Below are positions 12,409 to 24,964 of a stretch of 46,773 nucleotides of DNA, piece by piece; the stretch's first letter is position 1; the number at the start of each line of letters is the position of its first letter. The stretch is from Octopus bimaculoides (lineage: Eukaryota). The notes under the pieces were generated by a model, which was not told the DNA's origin, did not search any database, and worked only from the letters and a program-made list of their open reading frames with translations. The stretch is taken from assembly GCF_001194135.2 (NCBI RefSeq), contig NC_068996.1, positions 56,799,732 through 56,846,504 of the forward strand, read 5' to 3'. A program made the position numbers and the translations under genes.

Positions 12409-12949
12409 CACTTATATATTTACATATATTCACACACACACACATAAACACATTCATGCATACGTGTATATGTGTGACATCGTTGCAGTTAGATGTAGTT
12501 TGTTATAGTGTTAGAAACATTATTAAGTAAATGAAACGATAACAAGATGTGCTAGATTTGTGCAACAAACACTATAAGTCTTGTTATTGATATAAGTTTT
12601 AATGTTTAACTCTTCTGTCAGATGGGCTAGAAACTATTGGTTAGCCTTTACACTAACAGATAGAGAGACAGAGAAATTAGAAGCTGTGGCTAAGAGTTGT
12701 TTTGACTCTTATTTCTAGCAATGCTGGTGCTGATTTGCACCCGTAGTCACTTTAATGATATTTGTACTTGTGCCTTTTGGTTTTTAAATTGCGAATAGGC
12801 ACTTTAATAATATATAGGGAGGTAGATATATAGGTAGATGACTAGCTAGGTAGGTATATAATTGTAAATTCAGAAAATGCTGTGTAAGATATAGAAATTG
12901 ACATCACAGAGATTGAACACTTTTAAAAAAGAAAAGAATTAAAAAAGTA

Positions 12950-13110
12950 AAACATACAGCACCTTGTACAGTGTTCAAAACCTGAATGAACATATAAAGG
13001 AAATATATCTACAGAAATTTTAGCAGAAAACAAAAATGAAGTTAACTTCCAGATAGCTGAAGCTCTTTTCATTAAAAAAAATAAATCCCATCCTGAATCA
13101 GCAGTGATCT
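12950..13110 (+). mobile_element. PLE GIY-YIG C-terminal fragment
   Basis: EILAENKNEVNFQIAEALFIKKNK resembles the PLE ILxxExxxxKLxIxEALxIKxxKPxLN ending. Confidence 0.5.
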
Positions 13111-13184
13111 TGTTGAAAGTATTGAGTACTCTTGTGCATTATGAATAACATAAAGAAGGAGATGTGTATATATGTACATATATA

Positions 13185-14530
13185 TGTGCAGATATGTGTA
13201 CCATAATGCCACTTAACAGCATTATCTGGTATTTTTATAATTGATTTGTTGCTGGTGTACTGTCACCCATTTGCACATTAATCTACTGGTTTATTCAGCA
13301 TTGTTTTGCTCATGTCTACATCATGCTATTACATAGAATGCATTCTGAAACTTACATCGTAAAATAAAATTGTCTTTTACTTTAAATATCCATCTATCCT
13401 TAAACTTCTAACTTTAATCCTTCCGTAAAATATAAGCTAGTATCACCAATTAGTCATCTGCATATTGTAATGGTAAGATTCAAAATTCTCTCATGATCTT
13501 GTATCATAAGTATACTCATCAATGTTGCAAGTTATTTTTTGCTTTTCATGGTTTGTTCTATTTCTACAACTTTTCCATTTTCATTTGAAATAGGTTAGTT
13601 TTTATAAATATGGTCAAATATTTTGGCATTTCTAGGGTTAAATGTAGCTATGTATGGCAAAACCTTTCTTTTGGTTTTACTTTTTACTCTCTTTAGATCT
13701 TGAAAGTCTATACATTTTGCCATATCAATTCCATTTGTAATTAGACTTGGGGAAATACTCTTTGAACAAGTATGTTTTTCATTTCACTCAGCCTTTGATC
13801 ATGCTTTGTAAAATTTGATACTATTGTGCAAATACTTTTTGCTTGGTTGAACTGAATTTTCATTCTTGCATGTTTAGGATGACATCATGTGAGGAGTAGA
13901 TTCTACTTTAAATCTACAAGTCTAATTTCCATTTCTATCTTCTCACTTGTTTTCGTAATTAAAATATCTAAAAACAGCAGTTCCTTCTGGTTGAATTTCA
14001 TCACGAATTTAATATTATGGCTTAAGTTGTAAATCAAATTTATATATTCTGTGAATTATGAAGATTATCCTGATATAAAATACAGCAGTGATGTAGATAT
14101 CTTTTCCAACTCTCATTTAATATGTGTCAAATGTTTCTAAATATTTGTAAAGATTTATCATAAATTTTCTCCATCTTTAGTATCCATCACTAAGTTGGCA
14201 TAAGTGGAGTGTACTTTAGTACTTATGGCAGCTTCTGATATTTGTCATATTCTTTGAATATTAAATAATTATTTTGTAATGTGAATTGAAGTCTACCAAT
14301 GACAAAGGTATTTCAATGTGATCTGGTAATTCAAACTAGTATATATATATATCCAGTCTGTACTGTATTTGTGAGGGATGTTAGTGTAAAAATTCATGAT
14401 ACAAAAAATAATAATAATAATTGCATTTTGGCTCCCTATTTTTAGTAAATAATCAAATGTATCTATTTGATCCTGAATGAAATTCTTCATATTTGTTGAA
14501 GTAAGGATTTATTAGCTTAGCCAAAAGTTT
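13185..14530 (-). mobile_element. Decayed Penelope-like element (RT + GIY-YIG)
   Basis: Ordered motifs DTFDYL, FYTNIPH, NNYL.F, TYANLVM, WKRYL, IKFVM..KELLFLDILI, CHPKH, QAKSICTIVS, then FKVKDNF..NAFYVIA..VTVHQQQI. Confidence 0.8.
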
Positions 14531-14599
14531 ACATAGTCACCTATCTATATATATAAGCATACATACATGCAGGCATGCATGTATGTATGTATGTACCCC

Positions 14600-14935
14600 A
14601 ACCAGCATAGTTTCTGTGGTCGCAGCTTCTGCACCATTTTGATGACATCTTAAAAGCGTTGGGAGAAGGCTCCAACACTGACATCATATACCTTGATTTT
14701 AGCAAGGCATTTGACAGAGTGGACCACAAAATCCTGCTGAAGAAACTGTCCAACATTGGAGTCCGTGGAAAGCTGCTGCAGTGGATAAAGTGTTTCCTGA
14801 TGAGCAGAACCCAACATGTTGTGTTTGTAGGAATCCGATCCATTTCAGCCAAAGTCAGTGGTGGTGTTCCACAAGATACTCTTTTGGGCCCACTCCTCTT
14901 CATTATTTACATCAATGACATAGTAGACGTCATCA
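14600..14935 (+). mobile_element. CR1/L2-type LINE reverse transcriptase fragment
   Basis: DIIYLDFSKAFDRVDHKILLKKL..IGVRGKLLQWIKCFL..RTQHVV..GGVPQDTLLGPLLFIIYINDI (ORF 14659-14961). Confidence 0.9.
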
Positions 14936-15152
14936 TTTGGACGTACGACAGTTTAACATAATAGCAACGATATTGTTTTATTCGTTTACTTTTTCCAGTA
15001 ATTTAACTGCAGCCATGCTGGAGCATCACCTTTTTGTTGAAGATACTTGGGACTGAACTTGGAATTATGTGATTGGGAAGCAAGCTTCTTACCATGCAGC
15101 CAGTATGCATGCGTATAGGTTATATATATGTGTATGTGTGTGTATTATATAA

Positions 15153-15240
<88 letters not shown>

Positions 15241-15322
15241 TGTTGTGTCTGGGGAGAGTCATTTTCTTTTTGTGCCTTAAAATTTAACACAATTTAACCA
15301 AATTTAACCAAATTCAAAAACG

Positions 15323-15360
<38 letters not shown>

Positions 15361-15364
15361 TTAT

Positions 15365-15777
15365 TCTTCATTAATTGTCTGGCCACAACATGGCTCACTG
15401 CCCATTGAGGTGCAGCTATCTTTGAACCAGTTGTATCATTCCTTTATTTGTGTTTTTCCCATAACATCATCTCCAAAGGCCTTCTGAATCTTCTCGATAG
15501 TCTGGGCTTGCATATCACCAAGTTTTTGACAGAATTTGAAATAGTGTCTTTGCTCAATGTGCTTGGTAATCTTGACTCAAAAAGGAAAATCACAGCACAC
15601 TTTTCACGTCTGTTCTCAATGCGTCACTGCAGGCAAATGGCACAACCTACAGGCAGAAAAAGTTTTGCACATGCTCAGGAAGGACGTGGTCACCATATAC
15701 CCCTGCAGATTTTGCTCACACATTATTATTTTCTGCAAAAAAAAAATCAAGATCAGCTACTTTTTGACTACACCTCG
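15365..15777 (-). mobile_element. Mariner 5' end (TIR + HTH-coding region)
   Basis: Minus strand starts TA|CGAGGTGTAGTCAAAAAGT; encodes EQRHYFKFCQKLGDMQAQTIEKIQKAFGDDVMGKTQIKE*YNWFKD..SEP. Confidence 0.85.
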
Positions 15778-16689
15778 TATATGTGTGTGTGTGTGTGTGT
15801 GTGATTATGTCTGTATATTTACAACTACATTTTCCATTGTTTCATTTGATAATGTGATTTAGGGGAAATTTTGTTGCTATTTCTAGGAAGTCATGTGCCA
15901 GGACAGAGTTCTTCCCTTGTTGACCCAAAGTAAACAATTGTGTCAATATATAGACTTCAATGAGTTGTTGAAAAAGCATGTTGAAAAGCATTTTGGTTGC
16001 GACAGTCTTGTACACCAATTATACTTTTCAACATAAGTCTTCATTTGAAGATGTAGGCTCTGAGAGTTTTGGCACCGACTGAATTGTTATGTATCTTTAC
16101 CATATACTGACATGTCAAATAATACAAAAATATTTCTTGTCAAGAAGAATGTTTACCATAGCAACTATACAAATGTATTATTTATGCAAATATATAGATT
16201 TCAGTCAAATCTAAAACATATAAAAAGAAAATGTTAAATTATAGAAACAAACTTATTGTGTTTTGAATTTTTAATGTGAAGTGACTTTTTTCTCTACCCA
16301 TTATTTGAAATACATTAGCAAGAATATTCTCATTTTAAAATAACAGTAAATATATTTCTACAAATGTTGAGGCTGTGTGCAGATAGCTAGAAATGGTTTG
16401 GTTAGAGAAGTGCTAGATTGAAGAGGTAAAGGTCCCTGATTCAAGATTTTAGCATTTTCTTGTGCTTTGCATTATTCTTGAAATTATTGTTAATCAAAAT
16501 CTCTATAGCTGACTTTATATTCATGAATCTGGGTGAAAGCTAGTGTTGTTTATTGTTATTTTTCTTTCAACATATCATTTTGAAGCTCTGCACTTTTGAA
16601 ATGAAAACTCCTTTACTTGAAAAACAAATAAGGGTTAGTGACAGAAAGGGCAACCAGTTGCAAAAATAATGTTCCTATATGCATCCATC

Positions 16690-17310
16690 TAAACCATACC
16701 AGCATGGAAAAACAGATGTAAAACGTTTGAATGGATTAACAAATAAATTCATGCATGTATCAAGGCTTATTGTGTGTGTGTGTGTGTGTGTGTATCATCA
16801 TCATTTAGCATCTGCTTTCCATGCTGGCATGAGTTGGACAGTTTGACTGAAACTGGTAAGCTGGAGGCATATGGCTGGATGTCCTTCCTAACACCAACCA
16901 CTCAAAGAGTGTAATGGGTGCTTTTTACATGCTACTGGCATGGGTGCCAGTTACGTGACACTGGCATTGGCCTTGGCTATCATTTTACTTGGCTTGACAG
17001 GTCTTCTCAAGCATGGCATAGGCCAAAGGTCTTGGTCACTTGTCATTGCTTCCATAAGGTCCACTGTTAGAAAGGTGCTTTTTACATGTCACTGGCACAG
17101 ATGGCCAGTTATGTGACACTGGCATCGGCCATGACTAAAATTTCACTTGGCTTCACAGGTCTTCTCAAGCATGGCATATCACCAAAGGTCTCTTTCCCTT
17201 GTCATTGCCCCATTGAGGCCCAGCGTTCGAAGATCATGTTTCACCACGTTGTCCCATGTCTTCCTGGGTCTACCCCTTCAACAGGTTCTCTCCGCAGTTA
17301 GAGATCAGCA
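16690..17310. mobile_element. Short plus-strand RTE tail facing a longer minus-strand RTE 3' end (16795-17310)
   Basis: Minus copy matches 37650-38430, including an internal duplication of the cactggca-containing UTR unit. Confidence 0.75.
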
Positions 17311-17344
17311 TTTATATATGTATATATTTATATAATACATATAA

Positions 17345-17470
17345 GTGTGAAGGCTTATGACCTGGTGGTTAGGATGTCACACTCAGGGTTGCTAGGTCAT
17401 GTGTTAGATTCTCAGACCAAGCAGTGCATTGTGTTCTTGAGCAAAACACTTTACTTCATGTTGCTCTTCA
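17345..17470 (+). mobile_element. tRNA-derived SINE head
   Basis: A-box-like tggtggttagg, decayed B-box region, then ttgtgttcttgagcaaaacactttacttcatgttgctc core. Confidence 0.5.
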
Positions 17471-17981
17471 GATAAGAGAACAGCAGAATTGTTGCATGTT
17501 GGTAGAGATGCTTTAAGGTATGTCTTCTGGCTCTCAACATTCTGAGTTCATATTTCACTTACCTGGAGAAGGCAATGGGACACCACTTCAGTACTCATTC
17601 TAAGTCTTGTCCTGGCAGTAAATTTGCTTAGCAGCAGCAGGAGAGGATACTGGCCCTCTCAAGTTGTGTAAAGATTGTGTACTGGAGAAGGTTTACATGC
17701 CCAGCACCTGCCCAAGGGCAGACCACCACTAGACTATGTGTGTGTGTGTGTGGTAAAAACTAAAAAAATAAGGAAAGTGCACAGAAGCTCTATGTTGGAA
17801 ATAAATATATATTTATGAAACCAAATATTTACGTAATCAACTAGTTTTACTTCTGCTAATTATGATTAAGCAGTTAATGATAATGCTATAATTTCATGTT
17901 ATCAAGTTTTCATTTTATGTTAGAAAATTTTCACAATACATGTGTATGTGCATGTATGTGTGTGTGTGTGTTTGTGTATGA

Positions 17982-18034
<53 letters not shown>

Positions 18035-19789
18035 TATACATTTGTATGTATGTAGGTATTTCTACAGTTCCTTTTACATAATTTGAAATTGCTGATTTTC
18101 CAATAATTTTGTATGTCTCTCATTTTGAACAGATATGTATACTTTGCTGCGTTTGAACATGCATCTGCATAATTTATAACCTTTTTATGTACCTCACTTT
18201 TTGTTTTGTACCATTGTTTAGTGGCTTTGAAGGTCATGTTTATATTTGGTCAGTCACTTATTGTTCCAGACTTGTCAAATGTCAATTGTATAATTAATGA
18301 GGTGAGTTTTACATTTTTCTTTTACTGTTGACTCAACAGGAAGCAACAGAAAGAGTCAAGAAATTAACATAAGATCTCTGTGTGGTAACTTGATCTGCTA
18401 GAAATAACAGTTAGATATTACTCAAATGATAACCTACTATGTCCAGTGACAAGTACCAAAAACAGCAGACCAGACTACCAATAATTGTTCCAATTTTGAT
18501 GCCCAGCCTTTCCCAAGAGTAGATATACATATATACATCACCTGTAGATGTAGAGATGAACAAAAAATATCAGTGTGTATATACATATAAAATGTATATA
18601 TGTATATGTATGTATATATGTATATGTATGTATATATGTGTGTGTGTGTGTATGTATGTATATATATGTATATATGTATATATATNNNNNNNNNNNNNNN
18701 NNNNNNNNNNNNNNNNNNNNNNNNNNNNNNNNNNNNNNNNNNNNNNNNNNNNNNNNNNNNNNNNNNNNNNNNNNNNNNNNNNNNNNNNNNNNNNNNNNNN
18801 NNNNNNNNNNNNNNNNNNNNNNNNNNNNNNNNNNNNNNNNNNNNNNNNNNNNNNNNNNNNNNNNNNNNNNNNNNNNNNNNNNNNNNNNNNNNNNNNNNNN
18901 NNNNNNNNNNNNNNNNNNNNNNNNNNNNNNNNNNNNNNNNNNNNNNNNNNNNNNNNNNNNNNNNNNNNNNNNNNNNNNNNNNNNNNNNNNNNNNNNNNNN
19001 NNNNNNNNNNNNNNNNNNNNNNNNNNNNNNNNNNNNNNNNNNNNNNNNNNNNNNNNNNNNNNNNNNNNNNNNNNNNNNNNNNNNNNNNNNNNNNNNNNNN
19101 NNNNNNNNNNNNNNNNNNNNNNNNNNNNNNNNNNNNNNNNNNNNNNNNNNNNNNNNNNNNNNNNNNNNNNNNNNNNNNNNNNNNNNNNNNNNNNNNNNNN
19201 NNNNNNNNNNNNNNNNNNNNNNNNNNNNNNNNNNNNNNNNNNNNNNNNNNNNNNNNNNNNNNNNNNNNNNNNNNNNNNNNNNNNNNNNNNNNNNNNNNNN
19301 NNNNNNNNNNNNNNNNNNNNNNNNNNNNNNNNNNNNNNNNNNNNNNNNNNNNNNNNNNNNNNNNNNNNNNNNNNNNNNNNNNNNNNNNNNNNNNNNNNNN
19401 NNNNNNNNNNNNNNNNNNNNNNNNNNNNNNNNNNNNNNNNNNNNNNNNNNNNNNNNNNNNNNNNNNNNNNNNNNNNNNNNNNNNNNNNNNNNNNNNNNNN
19501 NNNNNNNNNNNNNNNNNNNNNNNNNNNNNNNNNNNNNNNNNNNNNNNNNNNNNNNNNNNNNNNNNNNNNNNNNNNNNNNNNNNNNNNNNNNNNNNNNNNN
19601 NNNNNNNNNNNNNNNNNNNNNNNNNNNNNNNNNNNNNNAGTTATTTGTGTATGTACCCTGTTAAAGTTTGTTCAGTTTTGGTTTGTATGATAGCATTCTC
19701 TTTGTTTATCTCTGCTTCATCTGTGGTACTCACTAAACACAGGTAGAGTGGGAAGACCTGTAATTTGGGAGACTTATTTTTGCACCGCA

Positions 19790-20225
19790 ATGCCATAGCA
19801 ACCATCTTCACACCATCTTGCTATCTTGCCCAGTTTTGGGCATCCTCCCTTCTCAAGCCAACCCTCCCAATCTCCTCCTTCACCTGTCCCCTCCACATTT
19901 TCCTTGGTCTACCTCACTTTCGCTGTCCATTTACCTCAAACTCTATCCCCCACTTCAGAACATGCTCCTCGCCCCTCCTCAACACATGCCCTATACCACT
20001 GCACTCCAGTCACCCTTGCCAACCGTTCCACCGATTCCTCCAACCCCAGCATCCCCATCAAGTCCTCAGTCCTCCTCCTCCACACATTTCTCTCACCATT
20101 GCTCTCTCTCAGTCCTCCTCAAAATTGCCATCTTTCTCTCCCTCAAACACCATGTCTCAATCCCATACAGCATTGTAGCTCTCACACAACCCCTATAGAC
20201 CTTTCCTTTCATCTTCAATCAAATC
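19790..20225 (-). mobile_element. RTE ORF2 C-terminus (second RTE family)
   Basis: CVRATMLYGIETWCLRERKMAILRRTER..MVREMCG..GHVLRRGEEHVLK..EFEVNGQRK*GRPRKMW. Confidence 0.8.
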
Positions 20226-20374
20226 CTATTCAAAACGTATACTAATTTGAGCCATGAACTCCCTATAAAAACAGGGCAAGCTTCAAACACTAGTCAGAAG
20301 CAAGTCAGCTGCAACATAACCCACATCTTTCTATTTCAACCTTTTGAAAATCAGTGTTAAATGTGAAACTGGTT

Positions 20375-20485
20375 AAGTGAGAGATGTGCGTAGGGTAAAT
20401 AGGTCAAGTCTTAAAGACAGAATGGGAAGGGGATAGAGGATGTCTTTAAGACTTGACCTATTTACCCTACGCACATCTCTCACTT
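20375..20485. repeat. Perfect 45-bp inverted repeat with 21-nt purine-rich loop
   Basis: 20375-20419 (aagtgagagatgtgcgtagggtaaataggtcaagtcttaaagaca) is the exact reverse complement of 20441-20485. Confidence 0.97.
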
Positions 20486-21164
20486 GACTTGGGACATCCT
20501 TCAAGTAAACACAAGCAATGTACCTCGGACACAATATGGCATATATCCACCTCTGCTATTTCAGCCTTTGCTGCAGCAAATATTTCCGGAAAATTCCCAC
20601 AAGGATTACTTTACACGGATACTTACTACTGGAATGAAACTACACTCCAAGTACTGTTTTCTCTTTCTTTCTTTTTTCAGAGCATCACACTCACTCTCAC
20701 TTCGTACTATAACTCTCCGCCTATGGATATAATAATCNNNNNNNNNNNNNNNNNNNNNNNNNNNNNNNNNNNNNNNNNNNNNNNNNNNNNNNNNNNNNNN
20801 NNNNNNNNNNNNNNNNNNNNNNNNNNNNNNNNNNNNNNNNNNNNNNNNNNNNNNNNNNNNNNNNNNNNNNNNNNNNNNNNNNNNNNNNNNNNNNNNNNNN
20901 NNNNNNNNNNNNNNNNNNNNNNNNNNNNNNNNNNNNNNNNNNNNNNNNNNNNNNNNNNNNNNNNNNNNNNNNNNNNNNNNNNNNNNNNNNNNNNNNNNNN
21001 NNNNNNNNNNNNNNNNNNNNNNNNNNNNNNNNNNNNNNNNNNNNNNNNNNNNNNNNNNNNNNNNNNNNNNNNNNNNNNNNNNNNNNNNNNNNNNNNNNNN
21101 NNNNNNNNNNNNNNNNNNNNNNNNNNNNNNNNNNNNNNNNNNNNNNNNNNNNNNNNNATATATA

Positions 21165-21360
21165 ATGGGAGAATATACAAATAATAACAACAGACGAGGA
21201 CAGGTGGTGTAAATAACAAAAGGATATATTAGTATGACGCTCGGGAATACGGAAAGTCTTTGACGTTTCGAGCTACGCTCTTCAACAGAAAGAATACGGA
21301 GACAAGGAGAAAAACACGGAGAAAAAAAATTGAATAGTGTTCAGTCAACGGTCAATCATA
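21165..21360 (-). mobile_element. Young PLE-type terminal repeat (CpGs retained)
   Basis: Minus strand ...ctgttgaagagcgtagctcgaaacgtcaaagactttccgtattcccgagcgtcatactaat...; four homologous copies in the window. Confidence 0.7.
21257..21293 (-). ncRNA. Minimal type I hammerhead ribozyme variant, near intact
   Basis: UCUUU-CUGUUGA-A-GAGC-GUA-GCUC-GAAAC-GUC-AAAGA: 5-bp helix I, 4-bp helix II, loopless palindromic helix III (ACGU), GUC cleavage triplet. Confidence 0.7.
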
Positions 21361-22099
21361 TATATATATATATATATGTATATGTATACATGTTTGTATG
21401 CATGTGTGCGCAGATAGATAGGTAGATAAATAGAGAGAGAGAGTGAGAGAGAGAGAGAGTGAGAGAGAGAGAGAGAGAGAACCAGAGTAAAATACAAAAT
21501 GGAAGTAAGAGAATGATAAAAGACAAATGAAGACAGGAAAAAGTAAAACTGAATGGTAAAAATGAAGGGGAAGTTAGATACTGAAAAAGCATACAGGGGG
21601 AAAGGGTGGATTTTAGAGATAAAATGGGTAGATGTGGGGTAGACAGGTGGGCTGAGAAAGAGGAAGAGGTCTTGGGTGAAGTGTGAAAAGAAATAAGTGA
21701 GTAAGCATGTAAGATGGTGGTGATGTATGTAAGCAGCATTGATTAAAGAATGGACGCTGAAGGAGAGGAGGAAAGAGACAGAGTGACTGTGCAACACTCA
21801 AGGGAAGAGGTTAACTATTTAGATGTTAATAATATATTCCAAATGACTTGAAGAATGTTTCCAGGATAGGTTTATAAAATTGTGTAAAAGGTATTTGCAG
21901 ATTCACACATTAAATGTGTGGCAGAAACATTTTAAATGATTAAAATAAATCAGAGTTATTAAGAATAATTTCAATGTTTGATTTAAAAATATAAAGTTTC
22001 AAATACAGTTGAAAATATCAAATTAATTGATACCATTTAAAATTATTAAAATATTTCAGACTTAAAAATTATTTAGTTTGGTTGTTTGTAGAAATATCA

Positions 22100-23700
22100 A
22101 ACTATGTCAGAAACTATGGAAACCTGTAATCAAGGTTGGAGGATTTCTCCGGTGGCTTAGAATAATGCTCAGGTGGCTTAGAAATTATAATTTGGTTGAA
22201 AAATTTATGGAAGTAAATTAAAGAAAAAAAAAATGTAACCAAGTGATAAAGTATTAACAAGGAGAGTTATAAAACTGGTAAATGCAAAAATAATCATAAG
22301 ACAGGTAATAGTGAATTATTCATAAGATTAGTAATGTTAATAAGTAAAGTTTACAGTAATTGTATAAAACTAATATGCTTAAGTGTTGAATGTAAGAAGA
22401 CAAAGTTATGAGTGGATAAGTTTCAAAGAAATATGAGTGAAAAGGTATCGGTGACTAGACATGATACAAATTAGCTTGAATGAGAGTTGGTGATGTGTTT
22501 GGAGAAACTGATCACAAAAACTTCGGAACAGATGAGATCCTATTTGGTGTATAATATATTTTAAAGATTTTATAGTTGTTAAAAAACAATTTTTCAGATC
22601 ATTGTTTAGTAAAGTATCCTAAATAACATCTCAACTGCCTCTACCAAACAGATTCTGTTGTGGTGAGGATGTATGGAATAGTTTTTGTATGGAATAGTTA
22701 GTTTTTGTATGGAATATTTCTACTGTTGTGTTCCCATATATATGCTGTGAGTGAATCTGAAAGAGATGTGTATTGATGGTATCTGTTTTTAAAGAACTGC
22801 AGTGAGGCTCATGTGTATTTTGGTGTAGTCGGCAGCCATTTAACTTACATTGGTAAACAATGTCCATAGTAATGCTGCATGGCAACAAAGAATATCGGTA
22901 AAATTATACAACACAATTGTATGGCGAGAAGAAAAATATGAAAGTAAGAATGGTAAGCAATAAAACATAAATACTACTGCTTACCATCGCGTATAAGTTA
23001 AGTTGGTAATTAATGCCTTTTAAGTTGGTAATCACTGCTTTTTTAAAGGTTCATTGTAACAATGTTAATGTTTTTAAAAAAAATTGATTCACTAGAATCA
23101 CTATGGTGGTTCTTAAAAATATGTTGTTTATAATTGGTGAGAGAATTTACAAAAATATTGCATTTTGAAATTGTGTTGCTGTATGGGTTATGTGTTGAGT
23201 TATCCAGATTTATTGATAACTGAGAGAAGTTAATCATCTTTGGTGGGTTCAATGGTGATTTTAAAACCTAACACTGAAAGTGTTTTTTAAATAAACTAAA
23301 ATATTTCTTTTAATAAACTTCAAAAAATTCTTTCTTCAGCTTAGTTTTTTTCTTTTGTTTCCTTCTGGTTTTTGCTTTTGTTCATTATTATTTCTGAGGA
23401 TAAGGAAACTATGATCTCTATAAAGTTCTTCAGATAAAACTGGATAATTTCGGTTTAATAATTTTAAAATATAATGGATAAACTGACAAAGTCTCAGTTA
23501 TCTGTGTTTTGTTTCCTTTTTTCAATCCATGAACCTCTAATCTAGAAAATAACATAGATTTTCTCACTTGTAAAATCCCATCAATATCTGTTGGTTATAA
23601 TTTTTACATAATTATATAATTGAATATCATCTTGCTAATGAAAGAAGAGTAGTCAGAAATATCAAACTGAGAGAATTGACATTTATTTTTAGTTTAGATG
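22100..23700 (+). mobile_element. Possible highly decayed L1/Tx1-like LINE sequence
   Basis: ELSRFIDN*EKLIIFGGFNGDF near 23190-23260 resembles the APE GGDFN region; the rest is only suggestive. Confidence 0.3.
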
Positions 23701-23894
23701 GCTGTGAACCATTCCATTACAGAAGAATTATTCCAAAGTGATAAAGGAGATTGGTATCTAATTTTAAAATATTCATTTAGAATAAATAATTGATTTATTT
23801 ATAGTTCCAATATCAATCTTCAAAAAAAAAATTCATAACCCAGGTTGTTGGATGATTAGAAAATTTCAGTTTATGGTCTATCAATATTAAATGA

Positions 23895-24120
23895 GAGGGA
23901 GCCAGCAAGCTGGTGGGACCATTAGATCTCCGAGCAAAATGCTTTGTGGAATTTTGTCTGTCTTTATGGTCTGAGTTTAAATCTGCCACGGTGAGCTTTA
24001 CCTTTCATCCTTTTTTGTGGTCATAAAAGAAGTACCAGTTATGTACTGGGGTCTATGTAATTGACATAACCCCTTCCCTGAAGTTCCTGGTCTTGTGCCA
24101 AAATTTGAAACCAATATTAA
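23895..24120 (+). mobile_element. SINE (uninterrupted copy of the 3590-3990 family)
   Basis: gcaagctgg..gcaaaatgctt..ctgagtttaaatc..cctttcatcc..gtaccagtt..ctggggtc..gtgccaaaatttgaaaccaatatt. Confidence 0.75.
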
Positions 24121-24129
24121 ATGAGGATC

Positions 24130-24410
24130 TCGTTGGGTTAATACATCTATTCCACATTTTAAAGCTTAAAAAAAATGCATGTCACTGTCATCTCACACAC
24201 TTTTCCTCTTCCAATAACATCTTGGTTTACCTTGATACGTTCATTCATGATCCGAAACTCCCTATTCCTCGCATCCTCTCATTACAGAAAATTAGTAAAC
24301 TCTTCTGTTCTGCTTCTCTTCTCTTTTTGATAAACATGTTGCCCTATCTTCTCAAGTAGCAACGTGGTATTGTCCTTTCCTATGCTGCTTTCTCTGCTCT
24401 CGTATATACG
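24130..24410 (-). mobile_element. RTE ORF2 fragment (pre-RT region)
   Basis: HVYQK..EAEQK..FTNFL..NQDVIG..KCVR matches the translation of 35970-36120. Confidence 0.55.
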
Positions 24411-24559
24411 ATGATGATGTGCGTGTATCATTTATTCATTTGTATGTTTTAACTTTTTTTTGTCCATACTAGCAGGGTTTAGACAGGACAGGCTTGTTGC
24501 TGTTTCTATAATCAAGCCTTATTTGTTTTTCAAGAAGAGTTTATATATATACATATGTA

Positions 24560-24680
24560 CATACGTAGGCTCGAAATGTTAAAGACTTTTTCACTTCTTG
24601 AGCGTTAAACTAATACATCTGTTTGTTGTCTACAGTCTTTGTCTACAGTCTTTGTCTTTTGTTTTTTGTGAATTCGCCCT
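24560..24680 (+). mobile_element. PLE-type terminal repeat, hammerhead 5' half missing or disrupted
   Basis: cgtaggctcgaaatgttaaagactttttcacttcttgagcgttaaactaatac. Confidence 0.65.
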
Positions 24681-24901
24681 ATATATATATAGGGGGAGAG
24701 GAGGGGAGAGAGGGATATGTATGTGTGTGTGTATGTTTGAATGAGGTGATATTGTTTTAGTCTTCATCTTCAAAAGTCTCTGATACATCAAAGAAAGTCC
24801 TCTGCTGTGGGATTAAATCTGCAGTCACAGAGTTGATTAACAAATTTTGTTAACTATTCAGCCATTCCTGTTACATTGAATATATGTATGTATGTATGTA
24901 C

Positions 24902-24952
<51 letters not shown>

Positions 24953-24964
24953 CATGTGTGTGTG

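Noticed and set aside
19765-20245. Three overlapping Pro/Ser-rich plus-strand ORFs
   Set aside because: Antisense readings of a purine-rich RTE coding strand.
20655-20737. Strong pyrimidine tract and CAG acceptor before the gap
   Set aside because: The putative exon runs into Ns and the peptide is unrecognised; cannot be evaluated.
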